Assembly: GCA_035628275.1 (NCBI GenBank)
Contig: DASPKD010000056.1
Coordinates: 1,154-65,153 of the forward strand
Origin: Caulobacteraceae bacterium
Lineage (GTDB): Bacteria > Pseudomonadota > Alphaproteobacteria > Caulobacterales > Caulobacteraceae
Reading direction: 5' to 3'
Length of the DNA stretch: 64,000 bases
Position 1 is the stretch's first letter. Every line of letters starts with the position of its first letter. Positions 54,022 through 62,106 of the stretch are shown here, in pieces. Below the pieces are notes generated by a model. That model worked only from the letters and a program-made list of their open reading frames with translations. It did no database searches and was not told where the DNA came from. The position numbers were made by a program, and so were the translations under genes.

Positions 54022-54078
54022 GGGCGCGCGGCCCGGCTCTTGCGATCAGACGCCTCGACCCAGTTCCCGGAGGCTTTC

Positions 54079-54231
54079 ATGGCGATCGCGGCCACCCTTT
54101 TCGTCTCAAAACGGCTCCAGAAGATCACGGCGGCCTTCTTCTGTCTCACGGCGCTCCAGTTCGTCGTCGCCAGCTGCACGCCCGAGCCGTCGCTGGGCCT
54201 GTACGGCGCCCGGGTGCCGATCACGCGGTGA
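54079..54231 (+). CDS. Candidate 50-aa lipoprotein
   Basis: GGAGG 5 nt before ATG 54079. MAIAATLFVSKRLQKITAAFFCLTALQFVVASCTPEPSLGLYGARVPITR with the lipobox-like VASC. About 45 of 49 sense codons end in G/C. It is only the tail of the track ORF 53686..54231. Confidence 0.45.
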   Translation: MAIAATLFVSKRLQKITAAFFCLTALQFVVASCTPEPSLGLYGARVPITR

Positions 54232-54235
54232 TGTT

Positions 54236-54405
54236 CCTCCTTCTCCCGGACGGGAGAGGGAAAGGCTGAGCGTAAGCTCAGCCAGGGCGAGGGCGACGGC
54301 GGGTTCAGGACGAGGAGCCGCCGTATCCCTCATCCTCCCGCGCGGACCTTCGCGCCGGCGCGCTCCGGTGCGCGGGACCCTCCTTTTCCCGGACGGGAGA
54401 AGGAA
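54236..54405. repeat. Structured GC-rich element bounded by a duplicated 27-nt hairpin
   Basis: Direct repeat CCTCCTTCTCCCGGACGGGAGAGGGAA (54236-54262) and CCTCCTTTTCCCGGACGGGAGAAGGAA (54379-54405), 25/27 identical, each a 10-bp hairpin with a GGAC loop. Between them lie an 8-bp hairpin with a GTAA (GNRA) loop (54264-54283) and further stems. Confidence 0.5.
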
Positions 54406-54406
54406 G

Positions 54407-54811
54407 TCAAACCACCGGCGACAGGTCGTATCCCGCCCCGGCTCCCAGGGACAGCAGCTCCTCGCGCGACCGCTCGCCGGAAGCCGCCTGGCCCATGGCC
54501 CAGGTCATGATCGAGCGGGTGCCGGACTTGCACCAGGCCAGCACCGGGCCGTCCGCCTCGGCGACCGCCGCGCGCACGGCCTCGGCCTGCTCGGCCGTGG
54601 GCCGGCCGCGCACCGGCACGGCGACATAGGTCAGGCCCGCCGCCCGCGCCGCCTGCGCCAGAGCCTCGCCCTCGGGCTGCCCCGGCTCCTCGAAGTCCGG
54701 CCGGTTGTTGATCACGGTGCGGAACCCCATCGCCGCAGCACGCGCCAGATCCTCCGACGCGATCTGCGGCGCGACGGAGAAGCTGTCGGTCACCTTGCGG
54801 AACTCGGCCAT
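54407..54811 (-). CDS. DUF442 / TIGR01244-type sulfurtransferase-phosphatase-fold protein
   Basis: FSVAPQIASEDLARAAAMGFRTVINNRPDFEEPGQP and the Cys loop VLAWCKSGTRS resemble the stand-alone N-terminal domain of Blh-type proteins. Confidence 0.7.
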   Translation of the reverse strand: MAEFRKVTDSFSVAPQIASEDLARAAAMGFRTVINNRPDFEEPGQPEGEALAQAARAAGLTYVAVPVRGRPTAEQAEAVRAAVAEADGPVLAWCKSGTRSIMTWAMGQAASGERSREELLSLGAGAGYDLSPVV

Positions 54812-54909
54812 GGCGGTCCTCTGCGGCTAAGGCTGTTTGATTGACAACCATAGGGGCCGGTGGAAGGGTCGCAACCCCGGCCGCCGCGAGGGGTCGTCAG
54901 GGCCGCGTC

Positions 54910-55833
54910 ATGTTGCGTTTCCTTCTCCGTCGCCTGCTGGTCGCCATACCCACCCTGTTCCTGGTGATTACGGTCGCCTTTTTCATGATGCGCGCCGCGC
55001 CCGGCGGTCCTTTCGACAGCGACCGCAAGCTGCCGGCCGAAATCCTCAAGAACGTCGAGGCCAAGTACGGCCTCGATAAGCCGCTGCCGGTCCAGTACGC
55101 GAACTATCTGTCCGACGTGGTGCGCGGCGACTTCGGCCCGTCGCTGAAGTATCGCGACAAGACCGTGTGGCAGCTGGTGCAGGAGGGCTTTCCGATCAGC
55201 GCCAAGATCGGCCTGACGGCCCTGGCGCTGGCCGCGGTGGTCGGGGTCGCCGTCGGGGTGTTCGCCGCCCTGCGCCAGAACCGGGGCGCCGACTACGCCG
55301 CGACCGCCGTCGGCGTGCTGGGCGTCACCATCCCGACCTTCGTCACCGCGCCGCTGCTGATCCTGCTGTTCGGCTCGATGCTCGGCTGGCTGCCCAGCGG
55401 CGGCTGGAACGAGGGCGCCCTGCTGAACATGATCCTGCCGGTGACGGTGCTCGCCCTGCCGCAGGTGGCGATCATCTCGCGGCTGACGCGGGCGGGCATG
55501 ATCGAGGTGCTGCGCTCCAACTACATCCGCACCGCGCGGGCCAAGGGTCTGCCCGAGAGCCGGATCGTCACCGAGCACGCGCTCCGCGCCGCCCTGCTGC
55601 CGCTGGTCTCCTACCTGGGCCCGGCGATGGCCGGCCTGATCACCGGCTCGCTGGTGGTGGAGCAGATATTCCAGCTGCCGGGGCTGGGCCGTTCGTTCGT
55701 GATCGGCGCGCTCCAGCGCGACTACACCGTCGTGATGGGGGTCGTGATCCTCTACGCCACCCTGATCATCGTCCTGAACCTGATCGCGGACCTGCTCTAC
55801 GCCGTGCTCGATCCTCGGGTGAGGCTGTCGTGA
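54910..55833 (+). CDS. oppB: Oligopeptide/dipeptide ABC transporter permease OppB
   Basis: MLRFLLRRLLVAIPTLFLVITVAFFMMRAAPGGPF, and an EAA-type loop IRTARAKGLPESRIVTEHALRAALLP. Confidence 0.85.
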   Translation: MLRFLLRRLLVAIPTLFLVITVAFFMMRAAPGGPFDSDRKLPAEILKNVEAKYGLDKPLPVQYANYLSDVVRGDFGPSLKYRDKTVWQLVQEGFPISAKIGLTALALAAVVGVAVGVFAALRQNRGADYAATAVGVLGVTIPTFVTAPLLILLFGSMLGWLPSGGWNEGALLNMILPVTVLALPQVAIISRLTRAGMIEVLRSNYIRTARAKGLPESRIVTEHALRAALLPLVSYLGPAMAGLITGSLVVEQIFQLPGLGRSFVIGALQRDYTVVMGVVILYATLIIVLNLIADLLYAVLDPRVRLS

Positions 55834-56741
55834 ACCGTCCCCCCATGACCATCGGCTCGCCCGCGGGGGCGGAGGCCATGACCAAGGCCGCCCTGAAGGG
55901 GCGCAGCCTCTGGGACGACGCGCGGCGCCGGCTGTTCCGCAACAAGGCCGCGGTGTTCAGCATGATCGTGCTGGCCGTGCTGGTCGGCGCGGCGATCTTC
56001 GGCCCCGAGCTGACCCCGCACCGCTACGACACCATCAACCGCGAGGACGTCTGGGCGAAGCCCTTCACCGGGACCTACCTGTTCGGCACCGAGTCTTTGG
56101 GGCGCGACCTGTTCGCCCGCACCCTTATCGGGCTCAGGGTCTCGCTGGCGGTGGGGATCGTCGCCACTCTCGTGTCGCTGGTGATCGGGGTGCTGTGGGG
56201 GGCTACTGCAGGGTTCGTCGGCGGGCGCACCGACGAGCTGATGATGCGCATCGTCGACGTGCTCTACTCGCTGCCGTTCATCTTCTTCGTCATCCTGCTG
56301 ATGGTCACCTTCGGCCGCAGCTTCATCCTGATCTTCGCCGCCATCGGCGCGGTGGAGTGGCTGACCATGGCGCGGATCGTGCGCGGCCAGACCCTGTCGC
56401 TGAAGCAGAAGGAGTTCGTCGAGGCGGCGCGGGCGGCGGGCATGTCGGACGGCGCCATCGTGCGCAAGCACATCGTGCCGAACCTGCTGGGGCCGGTGGT
56501 GGTCTACGTCACCCTGACCATCCCGACCATCATCCTGGCCGAGAGCTTCCTCAGCTTCCTCGGCCTGGGCATCCAGGAGCCGCTGACCTCGCTCGGCACC
56601 CTGATCTCGCGCGGGGCGCAGAACATGGAGATCGCGCCCTGGGAGCTGATCTTCCCGTCGCTGACCATGGTGCTGACGCTGCTGTGCTTCAACTTCCTGG
56701 GCGACGGCCTGCGCGACGCGATCGATCCGAAGGACCGATGA
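55830..56741 (+). CDS. oppC: Oligopeptide/dipeptide ABC transporter permease OppC
   Basis: GTG 55830 overlaps the oppB stop (GTGA) and follows GAGG. KGRSLWDDARRRLFRNKAAV matches the E. coli OppC N-terminus pattern. EAA loop FVEAARAAGMSDGAIVRKHIVPN. Confidence 0.85.
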   Translation: MNRPPMTIGSPAGAEAMTKAALKGRSLWDDARRRLFRNKAAVFSMIVLAVLVGAAIFGPELTPHRYDTINREDVWAKPFTGTYLFGTESLGRDLFARTLIGLRVSLAVGIVATLVSLVIGVLWGATAGFVGGRTDELMMRIVDVLYSLPFIFFVILLMVTFGRSFILIFAAIGAVEWLTMARIVRGQTLSLKQKEFVEAARAAGMSDGAIVRKHIVPNLLGPVVVYVTLTIPTIILAESFLSFLGLGIQEPLTSLGTLISRGAQNMEIAPWELIFPSLTMVLTLLCFNFLGDGLRDAIDPKDR

Positions 56742-56743
56742 GC

Positions 56744-57280
56744 CTATTTGTCCCGCTTCACGCGCACCAGCGCCCGGCCGTCGATGCTGGCCAGGTAGCT
56801 GTTGGATATGCCGCGCCGGATTTCGACGCGGGAGCCCGCCTTGGGGGCGCTTGCGCCCTGGTCGCGCTCGAGCTGACGCCAGACCTGCCCGTCGGTCATG
56901 ACCATGATCCACTTGCCGCCTTCGCCCTGGCGCGCGGAGCGGACCTCGAGAGTCACCTTTTCGACCTGCTCGGGGCGGTCTCCACGGTCGAAGATGTTCA
57001 AGGCGTCCAGATCGAAGCCGAACGACATGCGTTTGGCTTCGCGGACTTGCCCCTTGTCGACCACCACCAGTTCGCCAGCCTTTTCCGCCTGATCGAGGGC
57101 CGCCGCCGCGGCGTCGTAACAGGCGAGGCGCCGCCCGGCGTCGTCGATGATTCGACATGCGGTGAGACGCTCGAACGCCGCCGCCCTAGCCTTGATGTCG
57201 GTCTGGGCCGCGGCCGGAAACGCCAGGAGGCTGAAGCCGCAGATCGTCGCCGCAGCGGCGGCGGGCAAATGGTGACGCAT
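56744..57280 (-). CDS. Secreted protein of unknown function (opposite strand inside the opp cluster)
   Basis: Signal peptide MRHHLPAAAAATICGFSLLAFPAAAQ. Cys pair in LTACRIIDDAGRRLACYD. Beta-rich C-terminal half. High GC3. Confidence 0.6.
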   Translation of the reverse strand: MRHHLPAAAAATICGFSLLAFPAAAQTDIKARAAAFERLTACRIIDDAGRRLACYDAAAAALDQAEKAGELVVVDKGQVREAKRMSFGFDLDALNIFDRGDRPEQVEKVTLEVRSARQGEGGKWIMVMTDGQVWRQLERDQGASAPKAGSRVEIRRGISNSYLASIDGRALVRVKRDK

Positions 57281-57321
57281 GCGTTCGACTCCCTGACCCT
57301 CGAGCCCGCATAGAAGAAGAC

Positions 57322-58965
57322 ATGCGCCAGTTCCGCAATCTTTTCCTCGCCGCCGTCGCTCTCGCAGCGATCTCTTGCAGCCGCACCGAGGCCGTGCGCC
57401 CCGCCTGTCCGGCCGGCGAGCAGTGCCTCCACATCGGCAACGCCTCGGAACCGGTGTCGCTGGACCCGCACAAGGCCTCCGGCACCTGGGAGAACCGGAT
57501 CATCAGCGACATGTTGGTGGGCCTGACCACCGACGACGCTTCAGGAAAGCCGATCCCTGGCGCTGCGGAGTCGTGGACCACCAGCGCCGACGGACTGACC
57601 TGGACGTTCAGGCTCCGCCCCGGCGCGGTGTGGTCGGACGGCGCCCCGGTCACGTCCGAGGACTTCGTCTTCTCCCTGCGCCGGATCATGGATCCGAAGA
57701 CCGCGGCCGAGTACGCCTCGCTGCTGTATCCGATCCTGAACGCCCAGGAGGTCAACGAGGGCAAGCTGCCCCCCGAACGGCTCGGCGTGCGCGCGGTCGA
57801 TCCGCTGACCCTCGAGATCCGGCTGAAGAACCCCGCTCCGTTCCTGCCCGAACTGGCGACGCACTACACCATGTATCCGGTGCCCAGTCACAAGGTGAAA
57901 GCATTGGGCGACGCCTGGGTGCAGCCGGGCAACTACGTCTCCAACGGCCCCTATACTCTGGCCGCCTGGCGGCTGGGCGATCACGTCAAGACGGTCAAGA
58001 ACCCGCGCTTCTGGGACGCCGGGAACGTCTGCATCGATCAGGTCTACTATTATCCCACGAACAACGCGATCTCGGCCCAGCGGCGGGTGTTCGCGGGCGA
58101 GCTGGACGTCAACACCGACATCCAGTCCAACCAGATCGGCTTCCTGCGGGAGAACCCGAAAACCGCGCCCTTCGTGCGGGTGCACACCTACCTCGGCACG
58201 GCCTACCTGGCCTTCAACTCCGGGCCCAAGTCGCAGGTGAAGGCGCTGAAGGACAGGCGGGTGCGCCAGGCGCTGTCCATGGCGATCGACCGCGACTTCA
58301 TCACCAAGAAGCTGCTGCGCGGGGGCCAGCAGCCCGCCTACAGCCTCGTTCCGCCCGGCGTGGCCAACTACGTGTCGAACGGGCCCAAGGCCTTCTACGC
58401 GGGCTGGCCGCTGGAGAAGCGCCAGCGCGAGGCGCGCCGGCTGCTGGCTGAGGCGGGCTACGGCCCGGACAATCCGCTGAAGCTGGAGATCAAGCACCGC
58501 AACACGCCCGACCCATCCTTGATGATGCCGGCGATCCAGGCCGACTTCAAAGCCGTGGGCGTGCAGGCGGTGCTGGTGCAGAACGAGACCCAGATCGCCT
58601 ACCAGTCGTACCGGATCCGCGACTTCGACATCGCCGACGCCGCCTGGATCGCGGACTACAACGACGCCATGAGCTTCCTGTACCTTCAGGACTCGAGCAC
58701 CGGCCCCCAGAACTACGGCGACTACGCCAATCCGGCGTTCGACGCCCTGCTGGCGAAGGCCAACAATGAGCCGGACGCCGCCCGGCGGGCGCAGTACATG
58801 GCCGAGGCCGAGCGGATCATGCTCGACGACGCCCCCATCGCGCCGATTTTCTACTATGTAAACAAGAACCTGGTGAACACGCGCGTGACCGGCTGGGTCG
58901 ACAACATCGTCGACAAGCACCGCACCCGGTACCTCTGCTTGGGGCGTTCGAACACCGGAGGTTGA
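57322..58965 (+). CDS. oppA: Peptide ABC transporter substrate-binding protein OppA (family 5 SBP)
   Basis: Lipoprotein-like signal MRQFRNLFLAAVALAAISCS. Blocks GNASEPVSLDPHKASG, WTFRLRPGAVWSDG and NGPY are typical of family 5 SBPs. Confidence 0.85.
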   Translation: MRQFRNLFLAAVALAAISCSRTEAVRPACPAGEQCLHIGNASEPVSLDPHKASGTWENRIISDMLVGLTTDDASGKPIPGAAESWTTSADGLTWTFRLRPGAVWSDGAPVTSEDFVFSLRRIMDPKTAAEYASLLYPILNAQEVNEGKLPPERLGVRAVDPLTLEIRLKNPAPFLPELATHYTMYPVPSHKVKALGDAWVQPGNYVSNGPYTLAAWRLGDHVKTVKNPRFWDAGNVCIDQVYYYPTNNAISAQRRVFAGELDVNTDIQSNQIGFLRENPKTAPFVRVHTYLGTAYLAFNSGPKSQVKALKDRRVRQALSMAIDRDFITKKLLRGGQQPAYSLVPPGVANYVSNGPKAFYAGWPLEKRQREARRLLAEAGYGPDNPLKLEIKHRNTPDPSLMMPAIQADFKAVGVQAVLVQNETQIAYQSYRIRDFDIADAAWIADYNDAMSFLYLQDSSTGPQNYGDYANPAFDALLAKANNEPDAARRAQYMAEAERIMLDDAPIAPIFYYVNKNLVNTRVTGWVDNIVDKHRTRYLCLGRSNTGG

Positions 58966-59178
58966 TTTCGCGTCAACTCCTTGCCGCCCTTGGCCTGTGG
59001 CCGGGATGCGACAGCTTTGCGACGAATCGGAGGCGGGGTGGAGTTTGTTCGTTGACCGCCGGGATGTGAGTTCCTTACGCTTCCGTAATCCGGGGGCTGT
59101 GCGCCTGCGGGCCAATGTCGCTCAGGTGCTGACGAAGGACGGATCACCCGTTCCGCCTCATCGCCGGGCTCAGGAGGA

Positions 59179-61989
59179 ATGAAGTTGAAAAAGCAAACCA
59201 TTCGGGAGCGCCTGCTGGCCTCTACGATGATCTGCAGCGCGGCGCTCATGGCGTTCGCGGCCGCTCCTGCGTTCGCGCAGGACGCCGCGGAGGAAGAAGC
59301 CGAGTCGGCAGAGATCGTGGTCACCGGCTCGCGCATCGTGCGCTCCGACGTCACGGCGGCTTCGCCCCTGACGGTCGTCACCGGCGAAGAACTGCAGCAG
59401 TCCGGCCAGATCTCGATCTCGGAGGTCCTACGTAAGGATCCTGCGGTGTCGGCGGGCGGCTTCGGCCAGTCCTCGATCCTGTCGGGCGGCGGCGCCTCGA
59501 CCATCGACCTGCGCAACCTCGGCACCAACCGCACCCTGGTGATGGTGAACGCCAAGCGCTACTCGCTGTTCACCGACTCGCTGCAGAACCAGTCCCAGGA
59601 CCTGGGCTTCCTGCCGATCGGCATGATCGAGCGTGTCGAAATCCTGCGTGACGGCGCCTCGGCCGCCTACGGCGCCGACGCCGTCGCCGGCGTGGTCAAC
59701 TTCATCATCCGCGACAGCTACGAAGGCCTGCAGCTGAACGCCCTGGCCGGCGTCTCCGACGACGGCGACGGCGCGCAGTACCGCATCAGCGGCCTGTGGG
59801 GCGCCAGCTCGGACCGCGGCAACGTGGTGATGGGGCTGGAGTTCCAGCACCGCGACCAGATCCGCCAAGCCGACCGCGACTGGGCGACCAGCCCGGTCCA
59901 AGCGATCGGCGGCAGCACCTTCACGATCAACTCAGGCCTGGCGCCGGGCGGTCAGATCGTCGACCGTAACCCCGCCACCGGCACGGCCGCCAGCCTGCTG
60001 GCCTGCTTCCCGAACGCGGGCGGCCCCTCGCTGGGCGCCGGCGTCCCGGCCAACTGCCCGCGCTACGACTTCTCGGCGGACCAGACCCTGGTCGGCGCGC
60101 GCGACGTCTACTCCATGGCTCTCCACGCCGACTACGATCTCGGCATGGGCATCGAGTTGACCGCGGACGTGATCTACGGCGTGCGTGAGGACGACTTCAA
60201 CCTGTCGGCCAACCCGATGAGCGCCAACTCGCCGACCGGTCCGTACGTGTCCGGCATCAACGTGCTGGCTTCCAGCTCGACCAACCCCTACGGCCAGGAC
60301 GTCAGCATCACCTGGCGCCCGACCCGCTACGGCATCCGCAACCAGTACGTGGACGCCAGCCAGCTGTGGGCCTCGGTCGGCCTGAACGGCAAGGTTTTCG
60401 ACCGGTACAACTGGGAAGTGAACCACACCTGGTCGAAGACCAACGGCAACCAGCAGACCGAGAACGTGTTCAACGTGGTTCGTCTGTCGCGGGTCCTTAA
60501 CCCGGCGCAGTGCGCCGCCGACCCGGTCTGCAGCAGCCCGACCGTCGGGCCGATCTCGAACATCAACGACCTGCTGTCGCAGACGACGCCTCTGACCGAA
60601 GGTCAGCGGAACTACATCTTCTACACCAGCCAGACCACGACCCAGTTCGAGTCGCGCCAGACCGTCGGTCAGATCAGCGGCCCGCTGTTCGCCCTGCCGG
60701 CCGGCGACCTGCAATTCGCCTTCGGCCTGGAATATCGTCAGGAAACCGGCGCGAACACGCCGGACGCCATGACCTCCAGCGGCGAGTCGATCGCCAACGC
60801 GACCGAGCCGACCCGCGGCGCCTTCGAATCCAAGGAAGCCTTCCTGGAAATCGAAGTTCCGCTGCTGGCGGACATGCCGCTGTTCCAGGACCTGACCCTG
60901 AACATGCAGGGCCGTCTGGTCGACTACTCGAACTTCGGCAACGCCGACGTGTACAAGATCGGCCTGAACTGGAAGGTCAACGACGACCTGCGGATCCGTA
61001 GCGCGGTGGGCACCTCCTTCCGCGTGCCGGACGTGGTGGAACTGTACGGCGGCGCCGTCCAGACCTTCGCGTTCATCACCGATCCCTGCAACAGCGGTCC
61101 GTCGCGTGTCGTCGGCAGCAACCGCGACATCAACTGCACCAACGCGGGCGCTCCTAACCCCTACGCGCAGCCGGCGGCCCAGCTGCGGGCCGAGTCGGGC
61201 GGCAACCCGTTCCTGCAGCCGGAAACGGGCGAAAGCTTCACCCTCGGTGCGGTGATCACCCCGACCCTGCTGCCGGGCTTCCGTTCCACGATCGACTACT
61301 ATCAGTTCCGCGTGGACGGCGCGGTCGGCTCCCAGAGCCTGACCACGGTCCTGAACAACTGCTACGACCTGGCTCCGGCCGCGTTCGCAGCGGCGGCCGC
61401 CGACCCGACGAACCTCTGCTACCAGAAGGATCTGCGGGCGTCGGGCAACCTGACCACCCTGGTCAACATTCAGGAAAACCTGAACTACATCGAAACCTCG
61501 GGCGTCGACTTCATGGTCGGCTACAAGTTCGACGCGATCCCGTTCCTGCCGGGCTCGCTGGATCTTGAACTCCGTGGTTCGTGGGTCGAGTCCTACGACT
61601 CCAACGGTTCGGAAATCGTCGGCGGCATCACCACCGGCGGCACCGTGTTCGCGGTTCCCGAGTGGAAGGCCACCCTCGACGCCGAATGGCGTTTCATGGA
61701 CTTCTCGGCTCTGTGGAGCACGCAGTTCATTTCGGGAATGGACGATTTCCGCGCCGGCGGTGCGTCGATCGCCGTTCCGAACGTCCTGAACTACTACGGC
61801 CCGGACTCGTACTACCTGCACGACCTCGCCGTGCGGTGGAGCCACGAGAACGTGGGTCTGACCTTCGGCGTCTCCAACGTCTTCGACGAGGATCCGCCGT
61901 TCGTGCTGAACACCGGCAACAACACGGCGCCGGGCCTGTACGACGTGGTCGGGCGTTACTTCTTCCTCAGCAGCACCGTGAAGTTCTGA
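59179..61989 (+). CDS. TonB-dependent outer-membrane receptor
   Basis: AGGAGG before the ATG. Signal peptide ending AFAQ. Plug-domain blocks EIVVTGSRI, VEILRDGASAAYGADAVAGVVNFI. Long beta-barrel ending ...RYFFLSSTVKF (terminal Phe). Confidence 0.9.
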   Translation: MKLKKQTIRERLLASTMICSAALMAFAAAPAFAQDAAEEEAESAEIVVTGSRIVRSDVTAASPLTVVTGEELQQSGQISISEVLRKDPAVSAGGFGQSSILSGGGASTIDLRNLGTNRTLVMVNAKRYSLFTDSLQNQSQDLGFLPIGMIERVEILRDGASAAYGADAVAGVVNFIIRDSYEGLQLNALAGVSDDGDGAQYRISGLWGASSDRGNVVMGLEFQHRDQIRQADRDWATSPVQAIGGSTFTINSGLAPGGQIVDRNPATGTAASLLACFPNAGGPSLGAGVPANCPRYDFSADQTLVGARDVYSMALHADYDLGMGIELTADVIYGVREDDFNLSANPMSANSPTGPYVSGINVLASSSTNPYGQDVSITWRPTRYGIRNQYVDASQLWASVGLNGKVFDRYNWEVNHTWSKTNGNQQTENVFNVVRLSRVLNPAQCAADPVCSSPTVGPISNINDLLSQTTPLTEGQRNYIFYTSQTTTQFESRQTVGQISGPLFALPAGDLQFAFGLEYRQETGANTPDAMTSSGESIANATEPTRGAFESKEAFLEIEVPLLADMPLFQDLTLNMQGRLVDYSNFGNADVYKIGLNWKVNDDLRIRSAVGTSFRVPDVVELYGGAVQTFAFITDPCNSGPSRVVGSNRDINCTNAGAPNPYAQPAAQLRAESGGNPFLQPETGESFTLGAVITPTLLPGFRSTIDYYQFRVDGAVGSQSLTTVLNNCYDLAPAAFAAAAADPTNLCYQKDLRASGNLTTLVNIQENLNYIETSGVDFMVGYKFDAIPFLPGSLDLELRGSWVESYDSNGSEIVGGITTGGTVFAVPEWKATLDAEWRFMDFSALWSTQFISGMDDFRAGGASIAVPNVLNYYGPDSYYLHDLAVRWSHENVGLTFGVSNVFDEDPPFVLNTGNNTAPGLYDVVGRYFFLSSTVKF

Positions 61990-62013
61990 GGAACACGTAA
62001 GAGTTGCTTATCG

Positions 62014-62043
62014 GCGGCGGGCTTCGGCCCGCCGCTTTTTTTT
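62014..62043 (+). terminator. Rho-independent terminator after the TonB-dependent receptor gene
   Basis: 9-bp GC stem (62014-62022 / 62027-62035) closed by a TTCG tetraloop and followed by eight T. Confidence 0.85.
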
Positions 62044-62106
62044 GTGGCGCGATCATCGCCGGCGCCCGATCCTCGACGGGTCGCCGCCTTCGCGTCGGAT
62101 CTCAGA

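Noticed and set aside
54018-54224. 68-aa minus-strand ORF in the gap between the MBL and DUF442 genes
   Set aside because: It has no ribosome-binding site and a poor composition. The + strand 50-codon ORF in the same DNA has a GGAGG box and much better codon bias.
58997-59182. 61-codon ORF in the leader of the TonB-dependent receptor gene whose stop overlaps the receptor ATG (possible upstream ORF)
   Set aside because: Third-position GC is only about 60%, far below real genes here. It has a GTG start without a ribosome-binding site, and its translation is unremarkable.
59932-61845. 637-aa minus-strand ORF opposite the TonB-dependent receptor gene
   Set aside because: This is an antisense artefact. 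The receptor frame has plug and barrel motifs and a terminal Phe.
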